A stretch of DNA of 64,000 bases from a bacterium (GCA_021796335.1 JAJYHZ010000002.1:100516-164515), one strand, 5' to 3'. Shown: positions 28,852-38,393, numbered from the stretch's first letter. Translations and numbers: made by a program. Notes: a model not told the origin generated them from the letters alone.

Positions 28852-29469
28852 TTATTTAGATTTCCATTTTTTGGTTTCTGGTTTTCGATCGATAAACCAT
28901 TTATCTTTTTCGTTAAACCACCAGTCGTCCGGCTTTATCTCTGTCAGCAATTTTCCCAACTTTTTCGCCTGGGGAGTTTTCAATCTTTTATAGGCAAGTT
29001 CAATCCAAGATTTGGCTTTGAAATTTCCTTTATCGAATTCCTCGCGCAAGGTTGCCATCCATTCCAAATTATCCGCATCTTTGGCAATTTTAGCTTCCAA
29101 AGTTTTCCTTTCTTTGGCTTCTTTGTGAAGGGATTTTAAGTTCGCGCCAAAAGGCAAGCTTTTTGCGATATCTTCAACAGCCTGAGACTCCGCCAGGCGA
29201 CCATATTTTTGGTGGACGTAATTCAAATCAGAAGTGCGGCTTTCTCCTAAATCATGAATGAGGCACAGCAGAATAACCTTATTTTTATCCGCTCGGGGAA
29301 TCAACTCGGATAAAGCATAACCGATGACAGTGGTCCGGAAAATATGTTCCGAAACCGACTGGGCGCCCGTACCCAAAAACCACAAACCCGATCTCGGAGT
29401 TTTATTCAAGATTCCCGCCTCATAGATGAAGTTCGCAATGTTTTTCAAACTCTTGTTTTGATTTTTCAT
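28852..29469 (-). CDS. HD-domain hydrolase (YfbR/HDDC2-like)
   Basis: PRSG, SVSEH, LIHDLGE and AKDADNLE. Confidence 0.88.
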   Translation of the reverse strand: MKNQNKSLKNIANFIYEAGILNKTPRSGLWFLGTGAQSVSEHIFRTTVIGYALSELIPRADKNKVILLCLIHDLGESRTSDLNYVHQKYGRLAESQAVEDIAKSLPFGANLKSLHKEAKERKTLEAKIAKDADNLEWMATLREEFDKGNFKAKSWIELAYKRLKTPQAKKLGKLLTEIKPDDWWFNEKDKWFIDRKPETKKWKSK

Positions 29470-29676
29470 ATGAAAAGTATATGAGGTGCGAAAAATATTT
29501 TCAAATATCTTCAGATAAATTTCAATACCAAAAACATAAAGAAGAGGGCGGAAGTTGGAAAGAAAAATCTCAGTCTGATATTTTACGCCTGTCTGCCGGC
29601 AGGCAGAATCGTCAAATATTAGATTAGTTATCCACATTTGACTGATTATCCACAACTGCGCAGCGAAACTACTTAG

Positions 29677-29705
29677 AAAACCGCCCCGCCAAGCGGGACG
29701 GTTTT
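29677..29705 (-). terminator. Terminator hairpin after rpmB
   Basis: AAAACCGCCCCGC-CAA-GCGGGACGGTTTT. Confidence 0.65.
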
Positions 29706-29891
29706 CTATTTTGCTTTTTTAGCCGAAGTTCTGATGCATTGCGTGCAAGCCGCCACGCGCTTTCCATTTATTAAAGCGCTTTGCAAATTAGGATATTTTC
29801 TTTTTTTGGGAGTCGGATTATAGTTGCCGCGAAGCTTTTTTCTGGCGCCCCGGACAATTGAGCCCTTTCCGCAAATTTCACATTGCCTCAT
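29706..29891 (-). CDS. rpmB: 50S ribosomal protein L28
   Basis: CEICGKG...YPNLQ...CTQCIR. Confidence 0.92.
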   Translation of the reverse strand: MRQCEICGKGSIVRGARKKLRGNYNPTPKKRKYPNLQSALINGKRVAACTQCIRTSAKKAK

Positions 29892-30005
29892 AAAATAGCA
29901 TTTAATTAACTAGAAATTGGTATTTAGATAAGATAGCCGAAAAATAAGCGGAAGTCAATTATTAAATTGATATTCGAAATTTTATTTTGTAAAATTCAAT
30001 ATAAT

Positions 30006-31127
30006 ATGAAAAAATTTACTTTAAATCTCATGCGGTTTTTTTATAAAAACGGGCTAAGGCCTGCTATTTTTTTGTTTGATCCGGAAAAAATACATGACAT
30101 AACACTAAAGTTCGGTAAAATTTTGGGCACACTGCATTTTAAAAATATATGGAGTCCTCTTTTTAACACAAAAAATAAAATCCTGGAGCAAGAAATATTG
30201 GGAATAAAGTTTGCAAATCCGGTAGGGCTGGCCGCAGGATATGATAAAAATGCCGAGCTCACTCAATTACTGGGAAGCTTGGGTTTCGGATTTGAGGAAG
30301 TCGGGTCTATTTCAAACCTGCCATGCTCCGGCAATCCCAAGCCAAGATTATGGCGCCTGCCGAAATCAAGGGGAATTATCGTTTGGAACGGGCTAATGAA
30401 TAAGGGCGCGAAAACTTTGCATGAAAAACTTGATAAACTGAAATTCGACATACCGGTCGGCGTAAGTATCGTTAAAACAAATTCTCCGGAGATCACGGAG
30501 CTCAATGAAGCTGTTCCGGATGTTATCAGCGCACTGAAAATATTTTCGAATTTCGGCGACTATATCACTTTAAATATTTCCTGCCCAAACACAGCCGGAG
30601 ACGGTCTTTTTTACAATCCTAAAAATTTAAAAATCTTGCTTTCACGAATCAGCGAATTGAAATTAAAACAACCGATTTTCATAAAACTACCTCCAGACTT
30701 AAATATAAAAAATGTCGATGAAATTATCGATTTGGCAAGAGAATACAAAATAAGCGGGTTTGTCTTGAGCAATATAGTTAAGCGCAGAGATTTGATGGAT
30801 GCCGATAAGGACGAGCTTAAAATGGTTGATCCCGGAAGAGGAAGTATGTCGGGTAAACCCGTGGAGAAATTATCAAATGAATTAATAAGCTATGTTTATA
30901 AAAAAACCAAAGGAGAATTTGTAATTATCGGCTGCGGAGGAGTTTTCTCCGCTAAGGACGCTTATAAAAAAATAAGGGCAGGAGCGTCTTTGATACAATT
31001 GATAACCGGACTGATTTTTGAAGGGCCGCAATTGGTTGCTCAAATAAATTCGGGGCTTGTTGAACTTTTGAAAAAGGACGGTTTCTCGAATATTTCCCAG
31101 GCCATAGGAGCGGATTCGCGAAACTGA
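30006..31127 (+). CDS. pyrD: Dihydroorotate dehydrogenase (quinone, class 2)
   Basis: NPVGLAAGYDKNA, GNPKPRLWRL, NISCPNT, SGKP, GCGGV and ASLIQLITG. Confidence 0.93.
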   Translation: MKKFTLNLMRFFYKNGLRPAIFLFDPEKIHDITLKFGKILGTLHFKNIWSPLFNTKNKILEQEILGIKFANPVGLAAGYDKNAELTQLLGSLGFGFEEVGSISNLPCSGNPKPRLWRLPKSRGIIVWNGLMNKGAKTLHEKLDKLKFDIPVGVSIVKTNSPEITELNEAVPDVISALKIFSNFGDYITLNISCPNTAGDGLFYNPKNLKILLSRISELKLKQPIFIKLPPDLNIKNVDEIIDLAREYKISGFVLSNIVKRRDLMDADKDELKMVDPGRGSMSGKPVEKLSNELISYVYKKTKGEFVIIGCGGVFSAKDAYKKIRAGASLIQLITGLIFEGPQLVAQINSGLVELLKKDGFSNISQAIGADSRN

Positions 31128-31129
31128 AA

Positions 31130-31254
31130 GAGCCCCGATGTGGGATTTTCCCTCGGCTGAATACCAAGTGGGTTGGCTCAATCCGCCGAATATTGGCGAA
31201 TGCTTTTGCCTTCCCTTAAAATTCGTATTGACCCGAGAATCACTATCGAGGCTC
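31130..31254 (-). ncRNA. Rod-shaped ~125-nt structured RNA, copy 1 (6S-like candidate)
   Basis: 5' and 3' ends pair (GAGCCUCGAU/AUCGGGGCUC); nested stems with a central bubble; TGnTATAAT 6 nt upstream; homologous to 31471..31596 with covariation. Confidence 0.72.
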
Positions 31255-31332
31255 ATTATAATTATAACAAGAAAGACTTGCGCGATATATGCCGATATAT
31301 TTCTGACCTAGAATTTATATCTCGATCTTCCT

Positions 31333-31377
31333 AATCAAATTTTGCGCGATCGCGCAAAATTTGATTGGTTATCCACA
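31333..31377 (+). repeat. 34-bp palindrome plus TTATCCACA (copy B, compensatory variant)
   Basis: AATCAAATTTTGCGCGATCGCGCAAAATTTGATT-GG-TTATCCACA. Confidence 0.9.
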
Positions 31378-31438
31378 TAACATAAATCCAAACAATTTCT
31401 TAAACCTTATAAAAATTTAGATAAATCCTTTCAAAATA

Positions 31439-31464
31439 AAAAAAATCCGACGCGAGGTCGGGAT
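31439..31464 (-). terminator. Intrinsic terminator of ncRNA copy 2
   Basis: - strand ATCCCGAC-CTCGC-GTCGGAT followed by a T-run. Confidence 0.7.
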
Positions 31465-31470
31465 CTTTTT

Positions 31471-31596
31471 GGAACCCTGAGGTTGGATTATCCCGGCTAA
31501 TACCAGGTGGGTGAGCTCAATTGCAATCCGCAGACTGCAATGCTTTTACTCTCCCAATTAATCCATTATTGATCCGAGTATCACTCTCAGGTGTCC
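31471..31596 (-). ncRNA. Rod-shaped ~126-nt structured RNA, copy 2 (6S-like candidate)
   Basis: Ends pair (GGACACCUGAG/CUCAGGGUUCC); TTGAAT-N16-TATAAT promoter at 31630-31603; terminator downstream. Confidence 0.72.
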
Positions 31597-31648
31597 AATA
31601 TAATTATAAAAAATTAAAAATAAAATTCAATACCGAAAAAATCTATAG

Positions 31649-31687
31649 ATTTTGAGCGATCGCTCAAAATTTGATTGGTTATCCACA
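31649..31687 (+). repeat. Palindrome plus TTATCCACA (copy C, left arm shortened)
   Basis: ATTTTGAGCGATCGCTCAAAATTTGATT-GG-TTATCCACA. Confidence 0.88.
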
Positions 31688-31779
31688 TTAATCATTAATA
31701 TTGTATATGTATTTTAAAATATTTTGGAAAAAAAGGGGAGCTTGAGAGCTCCCTTTGGGGGTGAGGCGGCGCGTCTGCG

Positions 31780-32145
31780 TTAGAGCCGCAGAATCGTCGC
31801 CGGGGTTTCGTAGGCCGCGTCGATCGGGCCGTGGACCATGGCGTCCTGAGCGCCGCCGCGTACGTTTGCGTAAAAACAAGAGGTCGTCTTCTGCTGGGCG
31901 GTTGCGGGTCGGAGTGCGGTCGTTACGCCTTCATAAATTGCCGCATCGCTGGCCTTCGCCACCACTATCTCGCTCTTCTGGTAATTGGTCGTCTTAAAGG
32001 TGTTTTCGAGCGCGGTGGACCCTCTCGTCGCCGTTGCGAGGACCTTGCCGTGCCCGGGCGCTGTTGCCGGGGCCGTCGTTGCTGCCAGGGTTGTCGCAAA
32101 AAAGATCAAGAAGATGAGTCCAAGTCCGGTGATTGCCTTTTTCAT
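31780..32145 (-). CDS. Hypothetical exported Ala/Thr-rich protein
   Basis: Signal-peptide-like N-terminus, AAGGAGG SD, terminator at about 31729-31755. Confidence 0.65.
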   Translation of the reverse strand: MKKAITGLGLIFLIFFATTLAATTAPATAPGHGKVLATATRGSTALENTFKTTNYQKSEIVVAKASDAAIYEGVTTALRPATAQQKTTSCFYANVRGGAQDAMVHGPIDAAYETPATILRL

Positions 32146-32315
32146 TCCGATATTACCTCCTTTTTTTTACGTGGTTTTCCCGAAAATCCTGCCAAACTGC
32201 CTCTTTTTAAAAAAATATGAACTGTTTCAATATGGCAGTTACACACCTGTTTGTCAGGAGGGGTAAAGATGACTTAATAATTGACTTGGGATTCTTATTC
32301 CTTGCGCCTCAATAG

Positions 32316-32346
32316 AAAACCGGCCCCGCTTAGCGGGGCCGGTTTT
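32316..32346 (-). terminator. Terminator after ndk
   Basis: AAAACCGGCCCCGC-TTA-GCGGGGCCGGTTTT. Confidence 0.75.
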
Positions 32347-32943
32347 CTATTCCATTATTCCGTCTAAATTCACATCGTACAGAATTTGTTCCTGAATCAA
32401 ACGGTAATTAACCAATTCTTCGGGCTGGAACCACAAGCCGATTTCTTTTTGCGCATCATTTAAATTGCCTGAGGCATGAACCAAATTTCTGATAAATCTT
32501 CCGTCGGTATCGGCTATTTTATAAGAGTCCAAGACAAAATCCCCGCGAATCGTGCCGGCATCGGAAGATAACGGCTCAGTGCCGCCAACCAATTTTCTTC
32601 CCAACTGAACGGCATGAGCGCCCTGCCAAACCATGGCTATGACCGGACCTGAAGTCATGAATTTTTTGGCGTTTTCCAGAATAATTTCCGTAACCTTATA
32701 GGGGTCGTCAAAGGGAGGCTCCTGGCCTTTATCACGATAGTTTTTAATGGTTTTTTCTCCGGTGATCCTGCGCCATTCCGGATCAAGAGTGTAGTGCGTT
32801 ACCACAAACTCCGGATTAAGAGTCATCATTTTCATACCAATCAATTTCAAACCGACCCTTTCGAATCTTTTTATAATTTCGCCGATTAGCGATCTTTGAA
32901 TCCCGTCCGGCTTTATGACAATCAAAGTTTTTTCCGTTTTCAT
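32347..32943 (-). CDS. ndk: Nucleoside diphosphate kinase
   Basis: IKPDGIQR, MTSGPVIAMV, GTIRGDF and RNLVHAS. Confidence 0.95.
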   Translation of the reverse strand: MKTEKTLIVIKPDGIQRSLIGEIIKRFERVGLKLIGMKMMTLNPEFVVTHYTLDPEWRRITGEKTIKNYRDKGQEPPFDDPYKVTEIILENAKKFMTSGPVIAMVWQGAHAVQLGRKLVGGTEPLSSDAGTIRGDFVLDSYKIADTDGRFIRNLVHASGNLNDAQKEIGLWFQPEELVNYRLIQEQILYDVNLDGIME

Positions 32944-33350
32944 ATTTTTATTAATTTAAAATCGTTTTTAACACCTTCTATTAAATCATAATTTTCCAAT
33001 TCATCCAAGCTCATCCAGACGTAATCGGTAAAATCATTTTTATCGATTTTCACTTTGCCTGATTCATATTCGCAGATAAATTTTAAAACAATGACATGAA
33101 ACCCGTCCGGTCTGGTAAATTCGCTTTCACCGAAAAATTCGATATTGTTTTTTATAGCCAGTCCGGCCTCTTCCAGAAATTCTTTTTTCAGAGTTTCTTT
33201 AATGCTGTCAGACCCCTCGACTTTACCGCCGGGAACAGTCCACTTTCCCGGATAGGCAATTTCTTTCTCGCCTCTTTTCAGGATTAAAAACTTGCCGTCT
33301 TTTTTCAAAAAACCCGTTGCGGCGACAATGTGTAATTTAGAGGTATCCAT
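32940..33350 (-). CDS. NUDIX hydrolase
   Basis: WTVPGGKVEG...LKKEFLEEAGL Nudix box. Confidence 0.9.
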   Translation of the reverse strand: MDTSKLHIVAATGFLKKDGKFLILKRGEKEIAYPGKWTVPGGKVEGSDSIKETLKKEFLEEAGLAIKNNIEFFGESEFTRPDGFHVIVLKFICEYESGKVKIDKNDFTDYVWMSLDELENYDLIEGVKNDFKLIKI

Positions 33351-34741
33351 TATTTGGAAATTTTAATATGAAGTTCTTTCAGTTGTTCTTCGGTAACTTC
33401 GCTGGGCGCGTCAGTCATCAAGTCGCGGCCATCACCGGTTTTCGGAAAAGCAATAACTTCGCGGATGTTGGGTTCGCCCAAAAGAATGGTAATCAGGCGG
33501 TCAAGGCCCCAGGCGATTCCGCCATGGGGAGGAGCGCCATATTTGAAGGCACTTAACATATGGCTGAATTGTTCTTCTATTTTTTCGGGAGAATGGCCAA
33601 GCACTTCAAAAACTTTTTTAAGCAGCTCAGGCTGGTGGATTCTGATTCCGCCGCCGGCGACTTCAAATCCGTTCAAGGCCAAATCGTACTGCTGGGAAAT
33701 CATTGTTTCCAGATTTTCCCCGTTTTTCAAATCATCCGAATATTCCGGCTTGGGCGCGGTAAACGGATTGTGCGAATATGTCAGCTTTCCGGTTTTTCCG
33801 TCTTTTTCAAAAACCGGAAAATCAATTACCCAACAAAAAGCCATCTCGTTTTGATTGCCCGGATCTTTGCGCAAATCCGGACGATCGGTGCCGTATTGTT
33901 CCATGGTTTCTTTATACGTAAGCCGCGGAAACGGGACTTGAGAGATTTCCCTTTCGGGGAAAATTTCCTTGACTATCCCGATAACAAGCTGTTCCGTCAG
34001 ATTCATGACTTCTTCGCGGGTCGGGAAACTCATTTCCAAATCAAGCTGAGTGAATTCCGGCTGGCGGTCGCCGCGGGTATCTTCATCACGGAAGCATTTA
34101 ACAATTTGGAAATATCTTTCCAGTCCGGAAACCATCAAAAGCTGTTTGTATTGCTGCGGAGACTGAGCAAGCGCGTAAAATTTTCCCGGCTCCAAACGGG
34201 AAGGCACCAGATAATCGCGTGCGCCTTCAGGGGTGGATTTCCCGAGCATCGGAGTTTCAATTTCGACAAAATCGTTTCGAGTCAAAAAATCGCGAATGTA
34301 TTTGTTGACCTTGGAGCGAACTCTAATATTATTTTGCAGACGGGAACGGCGCAAATCTAAATATCGGTATTTCATCCTGACCTCCTCGCCGATTTCATAG
34401 CCGTCGGAATCGACATCAATCGGGGGAGTTTCGCTTTCGTTTAAAATTTCCAAAGCTTCGGCCTGTATTTCAAATTCGCCGGTCGGGATTTCTTTATTAA
34501 CCATGTTTTCCGGACGGCGGTTAACTTTACCGGACAGTTTAATAACCCATTCGGAGCGCAGGACACCGGCTTTTTCGGGAAGCTCCTGCGGTTTTGGCAA
34601 AAATACAACCTGAACGATGCCGGATCGATCTTTCAAGTCGATAAAAATGAGCTTGCCGTGATCACGGCGGCCAGCAACCCAGCCAAGCAGTTCGATTGAT
34701 TCGCCTTCTTTATTGATGATATCTTTGACTAAAGCTCGCAT
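33350..34741 (-). CDS. aspS: Aspartate--tRNA ligase (short form lacking the GAD insert)
   Basis: RRDHGKLIFIDLKD, STPEGARDY, QSPQQYKQ, FRDED..DRQPEFTQ and PPHGGIAWGLDR. Confidence 0.96.
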   Translation of the reverse strand: MRALVKDIINKEGESIELLGWVAGRRDHGKLIFIDLKDRSGIVQVVFLPKPQELPEKAGVLRSEWVIKLSGKVNRRPENMVNKEIPTGEFEIQAEALEILNESETPPIDVDSDGYEIGEEVRMKYRYLDLRRSRLQNNIRVRSKVNKYIRDFLTRNDFVEIETPMLGKSTPEGARDYLVPSRLEPGKFYALAQSPQQYKQLLMVSGLERYFQIVKCFRDEDTRGDRQPEFTQLDLEMSFPTREEVMNLTEQLVIGIVKEIFPEREISQVPFPRLTYKETMEQYGTDRPDLRKDPGNQNEMAFCWVIDFPVFEKDGKTGKLTYSHNPFTAPKPEYSDDLKNGENLETMISQQYDLALNGFEVAGGGIRIHQPELLKKVFEVLGHSPEKIEEQFSHMLSAFKYGAPPHGGIAWGLDRLITILLGEPNIREVIAFPKTGDGRDLMTDAPSEVTEEQLKELHIKISK

Positions 34742-34780
34742 AATAATTTAAATTAGCGGAAAAAAGGCCAAAATACAAGA

Positions 34781-35638
34781 TTAATTTTGCGTTAAAATTT
34801 TCAAATTATTATTTTCAGCGAAAATTTTAACAATGCCGTTTTTATCAGTGCGGAAAATTTTGGAATTGATTTCCGCCAATCTTTCCAAAACTGCGGGCGC
34901 GGGATGGCCGTAAGAATTTTTTCCAACCTCAATGACAGATAATTTCGGAGCCACAGCGTTTAAAAATTCCGGAGAAGAAGAAAATCTGGAGCCGTGATGG
35001 GCCACCTTTAGAATATCCGAATGCAAATCGTATTTTGAAACCAGATAATTCTCGATATTTTGGCCGATATCGCCGGTAAAAATCGCCTTCATGTCCGGAC
35101 TGATAAATTGAAGAGTTAGGATTGTGTTGTTCAAATCTTTGTCATCTAAAAAATCCGGCGGCGGGAAAAGTACGTCAAATTTGTCATTTAAATAATTTAT
35201 CTCATCGGATTCTTTTAAAGCGATAATTGGGACGTTTTTTTCTTTTAAAATATTTTTGAGCTGCTGAAAACCTCTTGCATCGGTATCGCGGCCGTTAAAA
35301 ATAAAAGCGCCAATTCGGTATCTTCTGGCGGTTTCAATAAAGCCGCCATAATGATCCATCTGTGGATGAGAAAGAACCATTAAATCTATGTAGCGGTCGT
35401 AAGGAGAGATGACTTTGGAAAAATCGGAAAGAATTTTGTTGTCGGGCCCGCCGTCGATCAGAACTTTGACATTGCCAGGCAATACAACCATTTCGCTGTC
35501 GCCCTGACCGACATCCAAAAAATAAATTTCCGGGTTTTTATTCGGCTGATTGAATATTATTTCGAACCAAATAAATCCGTTCGCAATAAGCAAAAAAAAT
35601 AAAGCAGAAATTATTTTTTTAAATCCTTGGCTTTCCAT
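34781..35638 (-). CDS. ComEC-type metallo-beta-lactamase-fold protein
   Basis: FLDVGQGD, LIDGG, SHPQMDHYGG, LKVAHHGS and NSYGHP. Confidence 0.9.
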   Translation of the reverse strand: MESQGFKKIISALFFLLIANGFIWFEIIFNQPNKNPEIYFLDVGQGDSEMVVLPGNVKVLIDGGPDNKILSDFSKVISPYDRYIDLMVLSHPQMDHYGGFIETARRYRIGAFIFNGRDTDARGFQQLKNILKEKNVPIIALKESDEINYLNDKFDVLFPPPDFLDDKDLNNTILTLQFISPDMKAIFTGDIGQNIENYLVSKYDLHSDILKVAHHGSRFSSSPEFLNAVAPKLSVIEVGKNSYGHPAPAVLERLAEINSKIFRTDKNGIVKIFAENNNLKILTQN

Positions 35639-35639
35639 T

Positions 35640-37100
35640 TTATTTTTCCCCGCCTGCAACGCTACGCCCGCCATTAAAATTGCCAAGCTGTCGGGCCGGT
35701 TTCTTCATATAAATAACAAATCCGCTTAGCGCGAGGTAATAGACGAACATTAGAATTACACTCATGTTTTTTATCTGAAAAAAATTTATTTTCCCGAAAA
35801 AATTGATAACGAATATTTCATAGGAAAGGAAAATATGCACGAACCAGCCGAAAACCAAAGAGAGCGGATAAGAAATAAAGCCAATCGCGCCGAGAATAAA
35901 TCCCAAGGTCATCGTGTACGGAATGAATCCCAAAATTAGAACATTAGCAACTATGGAAATGAAAGAAAAGTTGCTGAAACTGCGGATTAAAACAGGAATA
36001 ACCGCGAGCTGGGCGGAAACGGTCGTAAGAAAATTTTCCTTCCAATCCAAAATTCCTTTTTCATCGTTCACTTTAAAAAATTTTTTAACGGCAGGCATCA
36101 GATAAACAATTCCGATTAAAGCCAGAAAAGAAAGCTGAAAGCCTATATCGAATTTTAAAATTTTAGGGTTGCCGAGCGCCATTACAAAAGCGGCGGCGGC
36201 TATGGCATTCCGGAAACTGTAGATTCTGTTAACTTGAGCGGCCAGCAAAACTATGCCGCCCATAATGGCGGCGCGGACAACCGAGGCCTGAGCGCCGGTC
36301 ATCAAGACAAAAGAAAAAATCGCGAAAATGGAAAGAATAAAGGTCAGGCGCCGGGAAAAGAAAATTCCCAAAATGACGGAAATGGCGATTCCGATGATGC
36401 TGATGTTGTATCCGGATAATGCCACAAGATGCGTTGTGCCGCTTTGACTCATGGCGTTTTTAAAATCATTTGAAAATTCGCTCTGATCGCCCAAGGTCAA
36501 TCCGGACAAAAAAGCCGCCTGATCATAAGGCAGCACCTTCTGGAAATTGCCGATTATTTTTTGCCTGAGAGAAATCAACGCGGACTTGAAAGCAGATCCG
36601 TTATTTTGAGAAATTAAATTCGCTTTGGGATAACTGGAAATCCCCAGAAGATTATCTTTGTTATAATTTTGAGAACTGGCTTGCTTAATAACTCCTTCAA
36701 AACCGACCAAATCGCCGTATCGGAAATCGTTGTTCTTCGCGATAACAGAAATTTTCCCGGCCAAAGGCTTTTGCAAATCAACCGTAATTCGGTTCCAGTT
36801 CGAATCCAGAACGATTCCTCGGAAAGGAATTTCCCGATTATAAACTATTTTGGAATTTATTTTTTGATAATTTTGAAAGATGAAAAAATAAAACGATCCC
36901 GCGGCAACAAACAGAATAAATCCGCTGAAAATTAAAATTTTTTTGGGAAATTCCTTTCTTAAGAAATAAATCGCAAGGAAAATGAGCGAAGCCAATATCG
37001 CTGATAAAAACACGGAAAGAAAAGACAGTCCAGAACTTGCGAGAAAAATTCCGAAAAGGAAAAAAGCGATTGCATAAAAAACAGAATCGTAAAGGCGCAT
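35640..37100 (-). CDS. comEC: ComEC/Rec2 competence membrane protein
   Basis: GTTHLVALSGYN, ASVVRAAIMG and DIGFQLSFLA. Confidence 0.92.
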   Translation of the reverse strand: MRLYDSVFYAIAFFLFGIFLASSGLSFLSVFLSAILASLIFLAIYFLRKEFPKKILIFSGFILFVAAGSFYFFIFQNYQKINSKIVYNREIPFRGIVLDSNWNRITVDLQKPLAGKISVIAKNNDFRYGDLVGFEGVIKQASSQNYNKDNLLGISSYPKANLISQNNGSAFKSALISLRQKIIGNFQKVLPYDQAAFLSGLTLGDQSEFSNDFKNAMSQSGTTHLVALSGYNISIIGIAISVILGIFFSRRLTFILSIFAIFSFVLMTGAQASVVRAAIMGGIVLLAAQVNRIYSFRNAIAAAAFVMALGNPKILKFDIGFQLSFLALIGIVYLMPAVKKFFKVNDEKGILDWKENFLTTVSAQLAVIPVLIRSFSNFSFISIVANVLILGFIPYTMTLGFILGAIGFISYPLSLVFGWFVHIFLSYEIFVINFFGKINFFQIKNMSVILMFVYYLALSGFVIYMKKPARQLGNFNGGRSVAGGEK

Positions 37101-37189
37101 AAATAATTATACAAAATCCCGTAAATAAATTTACGTGCGGGATAAAAATAAAGCGCTCCGAAGAGCGCCTTTGTGCATAAATTAAAATC

Positions 37190-37420
37190 CTATTTAAAAA
37201 TTCTTGTCGGTATCCCGTTTAAAAATACAACGGAAAGATTACCCGGGATGCCCTTGGAAAAACAATCATTGAAGATTTCGAGGGTGCTGCGAGGAATTTT
37301 CACGACGCCATCTTTAATTCCATGCTTTTCGCTAATAAACCCCATTATGTCCTTAACATGCCGCGCCGAACCGTTAAACCCCGCGTTTTTGAGTCCCCAA
37401 ACGACTTCGTTTTTATACAA
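37190..37420 (-). CDS. Hypothetical protein
   Basis: 76 aa, GGAGG SD before a TTG start, downstream hairpin. Confidence 0.55.
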   Translation of the reverse strand: MYKNEVVWGLKNAGFNGSARHVKDIMGFISEKHGIKDGVVKIPRSTLEIFNDCFSKGIPGNLSVVFLNGIPTRIFK

Positions 37421-37494
37421 GATTTCCTCCGGTTAATGGCATCAGCCAGAAATTAAAAAACTGATTCTAATTATCCGAAAAAGAATGGGGGTCG

Positions 37495-38016
37495 TCAATA
37501 TTCAATTCCTTTTTTCATGGAATGTTTGTCTTTCTGAAAAGGATGTTTGATTTCTTTCATTTCTGTCACAAGGTCAGCTTTTCTTATAAAACTTTTCGGC
37601 GCATTGCGACCGGTTAAAATAACATCTTTTTCTCCGGGAAGATTATTTAAAATTTTTAAAACATCATTGGCGGAAATTAATTTCAAATCAACCGCATTAT
37701 TCACCTCATCTAAAATTATTAAATCATTTTTCTTTTTAATCATTTTCTCGGCCAATATTAGTCCGTTTTTAGCGGCTTTTCTATGCTCAGAAAAGGGAAG
37801 CTTATCTCCGGCGATTTTTACAAAACCTTTGCCGGTTTTAATGATTTTTAAATTTTTTACCGCGGAGTTTTTTACAAAATAATCTTCGCCGCTGATCCAC
37901 GGTCCTTTGATAAACTGGATAACAACGGCTTTTTTATTCTGGCCCAAGGCCCGAATGGCCTGGCCGAGAGCCGCCGTAGTCTTCCCCTTGCCATTACCGG
38001 TAAAAATCATGATCAT
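37495..38016 (-). CDS. cobO: Cob(I)yrinic acid a,c-diamide adenosyltransferase (CobO/BtuR family)
   Basis: TGNGKGKTTAALG, QFIKG, ILDE, LTGR, ADLVTEM...KHPF and GIEY. Confidence 0.9.
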   Translation of the reverse strand: MIMIFTGNGKGKTTAALGQAIRALGQNKKAVVIQFIKGPWISGEDYFVKNSAVKNLKIIKTGKGFVKIAGDKLPFSEHRKAAKNGLILAEKMIKKKNDLIILDEVNNAVDLKLISANDVLKILNNLPGEKDVILTGRNAPKSFIRKADLVTEMKEIKHPFQKDKHSMKKGIEY

Positions 38017-38051
38017 GAAAATAAATTTAAAAGAAAGTGCGGAAAAATACA

Positions 38052-38096
38052 AATCAAATTTTGAGCGATCGCTCAAAATTTGATTGGATATCCACA
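38052..38096 (+). repeat. 34-bp palindrome plus ATATCCACA (copy D)
   Basis: AATCAAATTTTGAGCGATCGCTCAAAATTTGATT-GG-ATATCCACA. Confidence 0.9.
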
Positions 38097-38135
38097 ATTA
38101 TAATGCGCACTAAGAAAATAACCCGCCACGGCGGG

Positions 38136-38393
38136 TTATTTTCTTTTTTTGATTTTTATTTTTTCTTTTTTTGATTTTTTTGATTTTTGAGCGGCGACTT
38201 TAAGCCTTGCGGGATCAAGCGGAAATCTTTTTGACCAGATCAATTTGTCTTTCGCCGAATCTTCTTCATTCAACCTTACGCCCCTTTTGCCTTCTTTGTG
38301 ATAAACCGCGACTTCAATTATTACCTCGAAATTACTTATCAGGTAATCGATTATTTTTTGATCTATCTTTTGAATAATTGATTTTTCTGCCAT
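38136..38393 (-). CDS. Hypothetical basic protein
   Basis: 85-aa ORF with a Lys-rich tail. Confidence 0.6.
   Translation of the reverse strand: MAEKSIIQKIDQKIIDYLISNFEVIIEVAVYHKEGKRGVRLNEEDSAKDKLIWSKRFPLDPARLKVAAQKSKKSKKEKIKIKKRK

Noticed and set aside
30882-31256. 124-aa ORF on the - strand
   Set aside because: It is antisense to pyrD and overlaps the structured RNA; the homologous second copy does not keep this ORF.
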